Shown: positions 51,782 to 64,000 of the stretch, in pieces
Position numbering within the stretch: the first letter of the stretch is position 1
Layout: each line of letters starts with the position of its first letter
DNA from: the human T2T-CHM13v2.0 reference genome, Homo sapiens
Length of the DNA: 64,000 bases
Assembly: GCF_009914755.1 (NCBI RefSeq)
Contig: NC_060929.1
Strand: one strand, 5' to 3'
The notes under the pieces: model-generated
Databases searched by the model: none
What the model was told of the DNA's origin: nothing
What the model saw: only the letters and a program-made list of their open reading frames with translations
Program-made: the position numbers and the translations under genes

Positions 51782-52341
51782 TGACATCTATTCTCTAGTT
51801 TAAGTATAGCCTACTGTGTTACATACTTAATATCTTTTTGTGAGTTAGGAGCAGTGCAGTGTTAAATGGTTTCCCATAGAAATAATTTGTATTTACTCAC
51901 TTCAAAACAGTTCTTTATTTGTGCAGTAGATGTTCAGTGGACTTACTAGGGATATATAAAGGCTGGTAGAAAGGATTCCTTTAGACAGATTTTCCTACAA
52001 GATTTTTATATTACCTAAATATTTATAATCTTATTTATTAAATAACTTCAACTATATTGTTTCAAAATTGTTCCAATTGTATTATTCTCCTGCTAGTTAT
52101 GAGCTGCTTATTGTGTGGAAACTTATAATTTAGGTGTAGAAATTAGGGGAGAAATTTTTGAATGTAGTTTCTCTAAGTGGTAGCATACTTGAATATTTAT
52201 TGTTAACCAAAGGTTTTTTAAAAATACTTTATAAGGAAATGGATTTTATGAACTACATGTGCATGTGTCTGACTTGCCTTTGGTGCAGTATTTTTACCTT
52301 GAGACTTTAAGCATGTATTCTGTCTTAGGCATCAAACATAA

Positions 52342-52674
<333 letters not shown>

Positions 52675-53362
52675 TTGGTCCCTCCTCCTTTCCAGCTATT
52701 TTGTCAGAAAGCAAGTAGGGCCATCCAGCTGCCAGAGTGCTCCACAGGGACTTGAGGCATGCAGTTGGGAGGTCCTGGCTCGGTTTGCTATATAGGGAAT
52801 ATATAAGGAACATCGAAATTGTATACAAAGATTTGTACATAAAAAATATACAAAGACGCTTCCTAAAGTACCAACTTTATATCATATGTTTATACAATTT
52901 AATTTAAAAATTCATTTTAAGGAAGACAGATAATTTGAAAGACTTTTGTTTTTCTTGACTTAATTCATGAAGTATCATTTTTTGACTGAGTCTCCATTTA
53001 CTTCATTCTTAATGATTATTGTCATCCCTTTAAATCTGTGCCTTTTTCTTCTTGAGCGAAGCTGTTTGAGTAAACCTGTTGAAGAGTGTTTGTGTCTTTT
53101 GTGCTTTTTTGTTGTTATTAAAACACCAACTAAACCTTATAGTCAAGACAAGGCTCTATGTTTCTGTACAAAGCTGTAGTTCTTTCTTAGTATTATAGTT
53201 GCCATGTTTCTTAAAATCAAGTAAAAAGACTTATGAGCTTAAAAAAAAGTGAGTTTGAGAGGGAAATGGAAAAGTTTCCAGAGTATTTCTAGTAATTTAT
53301 TTCCACATTGAATTGTGTATATGCTTTATCTTGAATATAAAATAAAAGTTTATTAAAAACTT
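52675..53362 (+). other. FBXO38: FBXO38 3' UTR (end approximate)
   Basis: AU-rich, repeat-free sequence from the stop codon to about 15-20 nt past AATAAA. Confidence 0.85.
53341..53357 (+). terminator. FBXO38: FBXO38 polyadenylation signals AATAAA (53341-53346) and ATTAAA (53352-53357)
   Basis: Canonical hexamers followed by pyrimidine-rich ttttctcttgccttg. Confidence 0.85.
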
Positions 53363-53522
53363 TTCTCTTGCCTTGGACCTGAATCCCTCTTTTTAAAGAA
53401 GAGTAGCAAATACTGCACAGAAAAGCAGTGTATATATAGAGTTGTATCTAAGGTAAGATTCCAGTGTAATCCAATTTCTGATCTCTGAAAGTTTTTAGCT
53501 ACAAGATGTTCAACTCACATAA

Positions 53523-53827
<305 letters not shown>

Positions 53828-54841
53828 AGCTCTTTAAGGCAATACTGGGAACAGCAGAATTTTCCAAACTTCTTGTCATCAGGAGATGGCCTTTCTCCCC
53901 TTTCAAGGTGAGGAATTAATTGCCCTGATAAGGCAGTGATATACATAGTATTACAGTGTCAAGGGTCGTCAGCAAAAGCTTTAACACCTGCAGAGTCATG
54001 GCTTTGTCACTTGCCAGCCAAGTGACCTCAGCAAATTACTTAAACTGAAGGCCTGTGGAACATTTTTATAAATTTTCTCTAGACATGAAATTATGGTCAA
54101 AGGTGTAAAGTTTCTTTGAGATTTGTTCAGCCCCTTCATTTACAAGGGCTTAATTGAAGCCCAAGGGGGAAAATTGCTCACTCATAATTAGGACCTGTTT
54201 TTAGGCTAGGTAGGACAATAATCCCAATTTCTGATTCCCACTAGGCTGCCTCTGTTTTTCGTGACAGAAATACAAGGATGCCAGCAAGTTTTTCTAACAC
54301 AAAATATTCCGCGTTAATCAGTGTCTTTCCTTAACGTTCTCTTTTTTTCCCAGGCTCTAAAAATTCTCATTACATTAGGAAGAGTGATTCAATTGGGTAC
54401 TTCATTCTATTGTCTCCTTATTACATTATTTTTAACTCAGCTAACTTATAATTAGACAAGTGTGTTTCACTATACAGATTACAAGTGTGGTAAGAGGCAG
54501 GAAATACAGAATATCCTAGATATTTCAAAGTAATCTGGGATTCCCAACCCTGAGCGAAGACAATCTAACTCTAGGTTTTCACTGTAACCTGTTAACCAAA
54601 TTATCTAAGTAATGCTTACATTAGCCACAAGAGGCCGCTGCTTTGTAATTTTTGGCTTAGTCATGTCTTTGTCTAACCTAACCTAAACTGTTAGATCAGT
54701 GGAAGTACAGCTGGCAGCGCTAAAATCATTCAAAAGTTGCTAAGACTGGAATAGCTGAAAAAAAATCTGGAAGATGCCAACTACGATAGTCACTCTGAAT
54801 ATATATATAATACGAAGGGCTGGAGAGTGATTGCTCTACAG

Positions 54842-55120
54842 CAAGGGTCAGCAAACTATATAGGTCCAAATGGTAAATATTTTAGGCTCAATGGGCCACA
54901 TTCTCTGTGGCAACTGCACAACTATTGTGAAAGTCATAGACGATATAAACGAATGGGCATGGCTGTGTTGCAATAAAACTTTATGGACACAAATTTCAAT
55001 TTCATGTAATTTTCACGTCACAAAATAAAACTTTTTCCACAGCCATTTACTAAAGTAAAACACCATCCTGAAGGCTCATAGACCAGATTTGGCCTCCAGG
55101 CCACGGTTTGGCCACACCTG
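54842..55120. mobile_element. MER58B-like hAT element
   Basis: gggtcagcaaact...ggctgtgttgcaataaaactttat...gatttggcc...cacctg. Confidence 0.8.
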
Positions 55121-55593
55121 CCATAGAGAACTGAGATATCCTATTCATTCATTTAATTATATCACCAGCTGTTGGTGCAGTGCAGTGCCTGGCACATTTT
55201 TTAAAGGCCTTAAAAATACTGCATGGATGATATATAACTTAATATCAGTGAGAGAATTGTGTCTCATTGCCAGGTGTGTAGGTCTAACAGTCTCCCTAAA
55301 TAATAGCTAGTACCACAATTCTTACAGGGACTTCATATGTAGAATCTGAAGACCTGAGTTCAGTTTTTGACTTCCTCAAACAACTGATGGGAGAGCTGGA
55401 GATGGTTGGAACCCCTACCCTTCAGCCTCAGTTTTCTTTTCTGTCAAATGGTAACAACTAATAATATAACCACCCACCCCATAGGGCAGTGGTTAGTTTC
55501 CAATAGGAGCCGCCAGTAAACTGGACAGTGTGATGCCAGTGGAGGTAGTATTGCTTCCAGTATAATTTCTTTTATTATCAAAAGAAGTTTGGG

Positions 55594-55856
55594 TGTTGCC
55601 CAGGCTGGAGTGCAGTGGCACGATCTCAGCTTACTGCAACCTCTGCCTCCTGGTTCAAGCGATTCTCCTGCCTCAGCCTCTCAAGTAGTTGGGATTATAG
55701 GCACCCGCCACCATGCCAGGCTAATTTTTGTATTGTTAGTAGAGACGGGGTTTTGCCATGTTGACCAGTCTGGTCTTAGACTCCTGACCTCAGGTGATCC
55801 ACCCGCTCGGCTTCCCAAAGTGATGGGATTACAAGCGTGAGCCACCGCGCCCAGCC
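55594..55856 (-). mobile_element. AluS-type lacking tail
   Basis: tgttgcccaggctggagtgcagtggc...gagccaccgcgcccagcc. Confidence 0.92.
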
Positions 55857-57629
55857 AAGTTTGGTTTTGTTTGTTTTTTGTGGCGGGGGGGGCGGGGGGC
55901 GGGTGCTGTGTGGGGTTTTTTTGGACTCATCTTTCCATAACCTGTTCCTCATACCATATTCCAGGATAGTAGGAAACAGAACTGGTGAGGCTGTTGAGAA
56001 AGAGGAAATCATGACAGTATGAAAGCTAGCATTTTTAAAAGTGATCATTACTAAGTGCTTTCCATACCTCCTGCAATAACACTTTAAATGTATGATCAAT
56101 ATGTTCCTACTTTACTGGTGAGAAAACTCGGTTTTAGAAGGTTACATAACTTGCTCAAAAGCACACATCTAGGAATTGATGGGAGCAGGATGCTGTCAAA
56201 GGATGACATCCTGCAGGATGAGTCCAAAGCCTGTGCAACTTGGGCAGTTTCTTGGTCCTTCATAATGAGAGGAGGCCCATATAAGGGTGGGCCTGCCCTA
56301 ATAGGGAACCTGCCAAGTCAACTTACTGCTGCCACTTAAATTGAAACCACTCCAGCTATGTTTAGCACAGTCCCAGAAAAACAGAGGCTGATTTTCTGAT
56401 GCGGGAGATGTCCCATTTACACATGGGAGGCAGGTAGAATGCAAAAGAACACTGCAATCCATACAATGTCTATAGCAAGAAATGGATACGCAGCAGCTAA
56501 AAAAAACTATATGTGTTAATGTGAAATGATGTTTAGAGTACACTGTTGAAAACGCAAGTAGCAGATTATTATATACCAACATCATTTTATTTACATATAA
56601 GAAAAAAAGCCATATGTTATACATGTACATTTATACATATGTAAATGCATAGAAAATTACATTTGAATTACATAAGCCAAGTGAAAAAAGCATTTACTTC
56701 TGGGGAGGGGGGTAGCATTGAGTTGGAGTCAAGGGGTATTTTCTTGTATGTATTAATATATATAACAAATTTTTACAGTGGAAATGGATTGCATAAATAC
56801 ATCATTTATGTAACCTATTATTTATATAGTCTAAAAATGTATAATTTATATATTTAGAAATAAAATAAACTTAAGAAGGAAGCACTTTGTTAGAATTGAG
56901 AAATCTGAATGTTTTCAGTCCTCTGACTTCAGCCTCATATCAGCTCTTGTTCTTGGACAAATCACTTTCCCTGACAAAGTCTTTCCTCTTCTGTAAAATG
57001 AAGTCAACAATCCCTCTTTATATACTGTTATGAGAGACTTAGAGATCTTATAAAAGTGCAGAGAAACTGCACAAAGCTTGCAATGGTAGGCTGATGCTTA
57101 ATGAGACCAATGGGAGCATATCCAAATAGTGTTCCAGGTTCCGACCAAGAAATATGGGGAAGGCAAACTGCCTTTTTCAGGGGCCACTCCTACTATGAGC
57201 AGCCTCTCTGATGGCCTGGAATATAAAGGACCAATGCTTTCTTTGACTCACATCTTGTTCTCACAGTCTATTGCTGGTTATTCAGTAATCCCAGGTTGCT
57301 GAATACTAGACAGACTATAAAAGATCAGTGCAGAGGGCCTTTCCTGTTGATCAATAATTTACCAGAGTCTTCCATGGTTTAAAGATGGAAGTTGAGGCTC
57401 AGGGAGAGGAAGCAAGAGCAAAGGAAAACAAGAAAGCAAATGAGTGGCAGAGTTCAAACTGGAATAGGCATTCCAGAGTTCCTCTTCGGGTCCCAGGCTG
57501 ATGTGGAAAGGAAAATTCTTAAGCAACATTGTTCATTGCTCTCTCCTAGCAGTGTCTAACAGGTGAAGGTGGAATACATACATCCCCATAATGACCACAG
57601 TTGCACATGCTTAGGACTGTGGGCCTCAT

Positions 57630-57850
57630 TTAGAATAAGACTGCCTGGGTTTGCATTTCAAATCCACACTTCCCAGGTCTGCTACCTTGAGCTAGTCGCC
57701 AGATGTCTTAGCTGAGGTTTGCTCAGCTGTAAAGTGGGGGTAATTTTCATTCTAATCTTGTAAGGATTTCATAAGGATTAAATGAAATAGTTCATATAAA
57801 GCACTGACCACAATGCCTAGCAGAAAAAAAAAACTCATTAAATGTCAGTT
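57630..57850 (+). mobile_element. MIR SINE
   Basis: agactgcctgggtttg...aggattaaatgaaatag...aaagcactgaccacaatgcctagca. Confidence 0.7.
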
Positions 57851-60800
57851 TCTCTTATTGCTATTTTATTATTATTTTTATTAACAAAGATATAGATCTG
57901 GGGCAAACTGAAAGAAAAGGTAAAGAAGGAGAAACCTAATCTGAATCCACTGTAACAGTAGTTAAAAATGTATGCAGTTTCTTATCCCTTCTCTCCATGT
58001 TTCCAAAAGTGTAGAATGCAGCTTGTAGCTAAATCACAATAACTCCTAAAGCTTGGAAGCTTCTCTTTTGTAAATTCTCTTTTGACCCTCCCAATTAACT
58101 GAAAGAGCCCCAAGCAAGAGGTAGGGCATTTCTAACAACTCTCCAACATTCACTTGTCTCCCTTTTAAACACAGAAACAGAGGTTGCACTTTGATCACTG
58201 GCATCTAGTTAAAACTCATTAGCCTTTTTTTCTATTTTGAGTACTGATATAATGTTCCCTTCAAAAATAAATTTAGGTAAGTGAAAACTTGAATGGACTT
58301 AAATAAGGATATTAAATAGGTAACAGAACAGGCAGAACACATTTGATAAAAATCCTAACAGTGGCCCTCAGATGACCCATGTTGGAGCACTTACAACAAT
58401 CGTACAAACTCAGAAATTATCTCTATTTTGTAGATGAGACAGGTGAAGTTAAGTGTTGGGTAAGGCCCAAAGCAATGCGTTGTTCATACTTAGGACTTCA
58501 AATCCATTCCTGAATTGTTTGACTTCAAACCAAATATTCAGCCTCAGTTTTCTAAATTAGATGGAAAAGAGATTACAAATTTTGGCCAGAAGAGGTAAAT
58601 GCATTAGTCTTTTTTTCCTTCCTAGACTAGATGTTACAAGATTTTGACCACAGCAAAGTGAAGAGACAAAAAGAGAGGAGTGACAACGTTTTCTCACCAG
58701 AGAGATCCAATACCAAAGAGATAAGTGGGTAGACAGCACAGCACCAAGAAGACATTATTTTTGTTCTTGCTTGAAGACAATATTAAAGGCAGTGTAGTTA
58801 TATCCACTCCCCAGCCCCTCCCTAGGTCCCCTCCCTCATCCACCCCATGCCCACCCCCGCCCCCCCACCACTCTCCAGCTAGACGGCAATTTGCATCAGG
58901 ACAGAGCAAGTTAGCAGCACGAAGTGGAAATGTTGGCAAGACAAGAGGGTGGGGCCTCAGAAGGAAAAGGTTTTTTTACAAGCATATACTTGGGTATCAG
59001 TTTAAGAAGTTGGTTTTTATTTCTTTTGCTTTCTAGCAGTTAATGGTGAAGGCTAGAATGGTGCATCCCTCTCTGGTTTCAGAGCTGAAGAGTCTTGCAG
59101 CCTGGAGAGTCAAGTGGAGAGGAGGCACAGTGAACTTCCTTTGTCCCAGACATGGGGATAGTCTGCTTGTAGCATTTATCAACTCCAGTGATTGTCAAGG
59201 CCAATCTGTTAGATATGTCTGCAGCACATCATCCTCTTCCTCAGATGCTTCTCTTCTTGACACGGCAGGCTTCCTGGAAGAGGGTGGCCTTCTTAGAGAA
59301 GAGGGCAAGGTATACGTCTCCTCCTTCCTTGGATAAGCTATAAGTCTTCTCTTTCTGAGTCTTTCATACACATGCTAAATTACCTGGATTCCTAGACAAG
59401 GCTAGTAGCTGCTCACACAGAACAAGTCTGACCCTGTCCTGTAAATCACCAATGTTGGCATTTGAGGAATCACTCACAGCATCCCAGCCCTAGTCCAAAG
59501 TGGTAGCAAAGCAAGCTTGTAAGGCTCTCCTCTGCAAAGGAGACCAGTTTCTTGACAATGACAAGGAGTACTATTCTTGCAATTGCTGTCTTTCCCTGGT
59601 CCAGGGTGCCTGTGACCTCTACAGACACCAATCATGGGCTGGCTCACAAGCACATCTAGAGAGTTAAGAAGAGTCCTGTGATGTAGTGAGATCTCATTTT
59701 CCTCCCTATGTTGTAATCTTTGTGTCTCTATTGAATCCAAGTTCCCATTTAATATGGAAGACCTGCCACTGAGAAATAATATTTTACATAAGCAGATATG
59801 CTTACTAAGCTCCTGGGAAAGAAATATTTCATAAGGGAGAAATCCTACTGTAGTTATGTATATGTGTATGCATGTATGTATTAAGTAGTAGATCCTGCCA
59901 ACAATGGTGGCATTAAACAAAAGTTTACCAGCTACCTCAAAGCACTATTATCTGGTTCTTATTATCCCTGTTTTAGTCCTTCCCTAAGAAATGCTTTGTT
60001 GTTGGAGGGGAAGAGAGCCATTTTCAGAAAGGAGAACTGTGGACTTCCAAATTCACTAATCTTTGCTTTTTCCATGAAAAAGAGAAGAAAGAGAATCCAC
60101 TCTGAGGAGGGATGGGTATTAATCCTCAACACAGAGAGGTCCCATCAGTGTGGTGACCAACGTTCCTTAGTTTGCCCGGGACCATGGAATTTCCTGGGAT
60201 AAGGGACTTGAATGTTAAAACCAGAAGGATGATCACCCTAGTCTCCTCTGTGGTGTCTGACTATCCCTTCTCACCATACCTGGGCACAGAAAGAAAAGAG
60301 AGGGCTGGCTAATGGGTTCTACCTTCATGGAAGAAATAAGGGTTAAGGAGGCAATTGTGGCATCTGATATCAGTTAGGAAGAAGAAGGATCAATAGACCA
60401 AGTAGAAGGGCAAAGAAAACTTGTGAGGTTTAAACTCCTGGCACATCTTTATCTTGCTGTTAAACTCCTGGCACGTCCTCAATCAGAAGTGTGTTACATA
60501 TCAACCTCAACATCGCCCACATGCCCTGTTCCCTTTGTCTCACTAAGGGAGGACCAGTAATAAATCCTTTCAATAGGGTTTTAAAAAATCAGCTCAGCAG
60601 CCGAAAGAAAGGCAGTTTTAAAAATTTGCCCTCAGACCCTCAAGCTGAGTATATAATTTACCCCAAGATGAAGGAAGATGGTGATTGCTTTGACTGAGAA
60701 AAAGAAGCATCTCCATAGGTATTTCGAGAGGATAAGATGCTGATAAATGTGAAGAAAAGTCAGTTTCCCTCCCAGACTCTGGGTTGTAAGGTCATTCTCA

Positions 60801-61127
60801 ATCAACATTCTCAGGAAAGAAGTAAGATCCTTTTCCCATTGCCATAGAAATGAAATGAATTCCTAATGACCTCAACATAAATATGCCAATAAGAAAATGC
60901 CAACTTTAAACACACATATGTGCATGCACGCACACACATCAGACAAGCTGCAAAGATGCCTTTTAGTAATGGCTCTGAAGCCAAAACCTAGGCAGAATCT
61001 CCAAAACCTATTCCCAAGTAGGAAAAGGAGGAAAATATTCATGGCTATAAGCCAAAAATCTTGACACTTCACTTGTCACTATGTCAATGCTTCTAGATAG
61101 ACATATTGGCATTGATATCAACCTAAC

Positions 61128-61133
61128 TTTATT
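61128..61133 (-). terminator. HTR4: Candidate proximal poly(A) signal for HTR4(a)
   Basis: First minus-strand AATAAA (tttatt on +) I found after the HTR4(a) stop, about 580 nt downstream. Confidence 0.4.
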
Positions 61134-61711
61134 AGAAGAACCATGATTAATTCACCCACCAAAGCATGTCCAGAAGAAGATGGCCACAATGGAGAGGAAA
61201 CTTGAGATGTTTCAGTTTATAAAAAAAACTGAAAGGCATGGTGACAGATTACTCTCTTCCAGTATTTAAGGGCTGTCACGGGAAAGTGGGGCCTAACTGC
61301 ATGGAAGTTGGAGCAGCAACAGGTTTGTGTTCCAAGAAAGGAAAGAAATTCCTTATAATGAGAGCTTCTCCAAAATAAAAGGGCCTGAATTAGGAGGTAG
61401 TGAGCTCCTGTCCCTGGAGGTGTATAAGCAGAGAATGACCAACTTTCAGGGATGCAATAGAAGATGCTACTCCTGCTTTGCGTGGGAGGCTGAATCTGAC
61501 AATGCCTGAAGTTTCTTCACAACTCTGAGACCCTCAAGGCTCTGGCCTCAGCTACCCCCCAACACTGTCCTCCATGTACCTCCTCTGGGCTCTCAGCCCC
61601 TACTACCTGATGCCTCACTGGTGGTGATGAGGTTCAGAAGTGATGCCAGGGTGACCTGTTCATGCAAACATGAATGCGAATGAATGGCTAAGTTGTGAGC
61701 CATGTCCTCAA

Positions 61712-61799
61712 TCAGAAGCATGATTCCAGGGATTCTGGGTCATTGTGTATGGGCAGTTTCTCGAGTTCCTGATGATGTCCCCTGTGCAGAACGGTGTAC
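61712..61799 (-). CDS. HTR4: HTR4 (5-HT4 serotonin receptor) isoform (a) terminal coding exon: (R)YTVLHRGHHQELEKLPIHNDPESLESCF*
   Basis: Minus strand reads ttctttccttcctttctag|G TAC ACC GTT CTG CAC AGG...TGC TTC TGA; 88 nt; matches the 5-HT4(a) C-terminal tail I recall, ending in a class I PDZ ligand (S-C-F). The other HTR4 exons lie beyond the right end of the window. Confidence 0.95.
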
Positions 61800-62926
61800 C
61801 TAGAAAGGAAGGAAAGAAGGCATGAGAATTCAACAGGCATGCTCCAACTGCACCGAAGTCAAGAGCACTCCTTCTACTCTTGACTTCCTTTCTTTGCATA
61901 CTTCTGAGGGTATGGTGAAGTGGGAGTGGGGATGGGGTGATACTTCATAGAGATAGAAAACCAAATGAACTGCACCCAGATTACTCATATTAAATGTGGA
62001 GAAACAGTCCTGGAGGAAACGACAGGCCTAGGAGTGCATAGGGGGTAAGTGGCAGAGCTGGGACAAGAACCCAGATTTCTTACTGCCAACAAAGCCTGGG
62101 GTTCTTGTGTCACTCATCAGAATGAACCCTATGTACCACCTCAAGCTGTACCTGAATATGCTATGTCCTATCTACCAGGGATAGTTTTGGGTTCTGACTG
62201 CTGATTGAGATGAATAAACCACTCAGAGCCTGAAATACAATGTAACTGTATTTGTTACTTTCATTCCTTTTGGTGCCATTTGGAACAGTAAATCAATTAG
62301 ATGAATCAAACAGCAAGTTGACACTAAGCATCACAGTGAAATTTACTACTTGACAAGTGTTTATTATTTTTCTGCCGTATCATACAATTGCACTCAATAT
62401 CTTAATTGCCTTTAAATGCATCTCAATTGCAGGCGAGTCTCATCATCAGTTACCCAGATTCCAGCATCTGGCAGCCATTCCTATGAAATTTCTACAGATT
62501 TTAGAAGCATGTTCACCACTCATTTCTCTGAGGCCAGTGTCAAGCACTTTCAGTGAGACAAACAAACAAATACCATTCAGCTATTTGGCATCATATGTTG
62601 ACAAAACAACTTGGTGGTAGTTTCTCATGACTTACATTGATGCTTTGCTTTGAATTACAATAATTTATTGTTGATTTGTATTGACAAATTGGTTTGTACT
62701 AAGCCCTCTCCATAAATTACTTTATTTAATCCCCATAATTGCCTATTAGATAGTATCATTTTCATTTTACATGTGAGCAAAATAACGCATAGTCAAGTTT
62801 AGTGATGCCCATGGGAATATAGGTCATACATGAAGACACATCCAATCAAACCCACTCTAGCTCATGCCAATACCCATGTGTTTAACTGGTTCTCACAAAG
62901 CCCATGGACTAGGTATAAGTCTAGAA

Positions 62927-63130
62927 AAGTGGTTCTCAGCAGAGAGCATTTTGTGCCCCAGGGGCCATTTTGGAAGCATTTTTGGTTGTCACTGAAGAGG
63001 TAGTTCTACTGGCACCTAGCGGGTAGGGACCGGGGATGCTGATCAGTGTTGTACGATACATAGCACAGCCTCCCACAACAAAGAATTATCTGGCCCAAAA
63101 TGTCAACAGTGCCAGGATTGAGAAACCCTA
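62927..63130. mobile_element. MER20 hAT element in HTR4 intron
   Basis: agtggttctca...acaacaaagaattatctggcccaaaatgtcaacagtgcc...gagaaaccct; TSD gtctagaa/atctagaa. Confidence 0.88.
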
Positions 63131-64000
63131 ATCTAGAATAACTAGTCCCTTTAGCTGGCTAGAAGCAGGTGTTGATTGAAGAACAGGGCCTCAGTGAAGG
63201 GCATGAGTCCGAGTTCTCACAGAACCGTCCACCGCAGCTGTTGTTGAGAGAGAGCTAAGCCAAGGGGATGTGACATACAGAACCAAAGCATCTGCTACTA
63301 CTTGCCAGATAGGTCAGTGTTAAGAAGAATAAAATGGGAAAAGAGATAGAAAGGGCCAGATCAGCCACTATTAACTAGGGTGGCCAGGAAATGTCCCAGT
63401 GAGATATGCAAGACCTTAGGGAAGCTAGAGTCCCAGCTAGTGAGTCGTAGATGCTCAGCCTCCAAACCATGCCTTGCGTACTTGGCTTTGCCATTCTGCA
63501 AACCAAATGTCTGCTTTGTTGGCTGGCTTCTTGTGCAGCTCCATGAACACAGGGTGTCACAGGGGAGTGGAAGCTGGAGGAAGGAAAGGGGCTCGCTCCT
63601 GTGAGCTTTCTGTCTGCTGTGGTTCCTATATACGTCATTCCTGGAATGCTTCTTTACCCCTCAGAGGCAGTGCTTTTCCGGAGCAGCAGCTGAGTCCAGG
63701 TTAGTCTTTCTAACTCTTGCAGAACCAGCCTTACAGCAGCCCCTCAGAAACATCAGGTTCATCTGGACAGTCCCTCTTTCTCAAAGGTCTAAATTTCTGC
63801 TCAGTAGGGTCCCTATTCTAAGTGTCTAAGTTTTTGTGATTATTTTATCTATTTTCTCAGCCCTAGAGCTAGTAGTTGCTCCCTGCAGTTGCTAACTCCA
63901 TAATACTGCAGAGCATTCTTTCAGTGTTAACGACTATATGCCTAGTTAGCAATATTTTATGTTAAAATGGTGTTTAAATACTCAGGCCGTTTCTGTCTCC

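Noticed and set aside
59474-59920. 148-aa minus-strand ORF, the longest non-FBXO38 ORF
   Set aside because: Non-ATG start, no recognisable domain or coding bias; probably chance.
61708-61899. 63-aa minus-strand ORF overlapping the HTR4 exon
   Set aside because: Wrong frame; the real coding frame enters by splicing at 61799 and stops at 61712.

Overview
Human genomic DNA: AT-rich, with primate Alu and THE1 repeats. I recognise the locus as chr5q32 from the encoded proteins. The + strand carries all 21 coding exons of FBXO38 (F-box only protein 38/MoKA), exons 2-22. The ATG is at 5299 and the TAA at 52672-52674. My hand-assembled exons sum to 3567 nt (1188 aa + stop), with canonical GT-AG boundaries and consistent phases. 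The promoter and non-coding exon 1 lie upstream of the window. The poly(A) signal is at 53341. On the - strand, convergent with FBXO38, is the terminal exon of the 5-HT4(a) isoform of HTR4 (61799-61712, ...PESLESCF*), which the ORF track misses. The rest is intronic or intergenic DNA with Alu, L1, L2, MIR, MER/Tigger elements, a THE1 solo LTR and microsatellites. Nearly all other ORFs in the track are noise or Alu translations. I see no evidence of a wholly new biological system. The best lead is a sense-oriented THE1 LTR just before exon 9. It has an ATG, 23 open codons and a splice donor in exactly the phase of exon 9, predicting an LTR-driven F-box-less FBXO38. Other leads are splicing and 3'-end architecture hypotheses. 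Repeat subfamily names and old-repeat boundaries are by eye and approximate.
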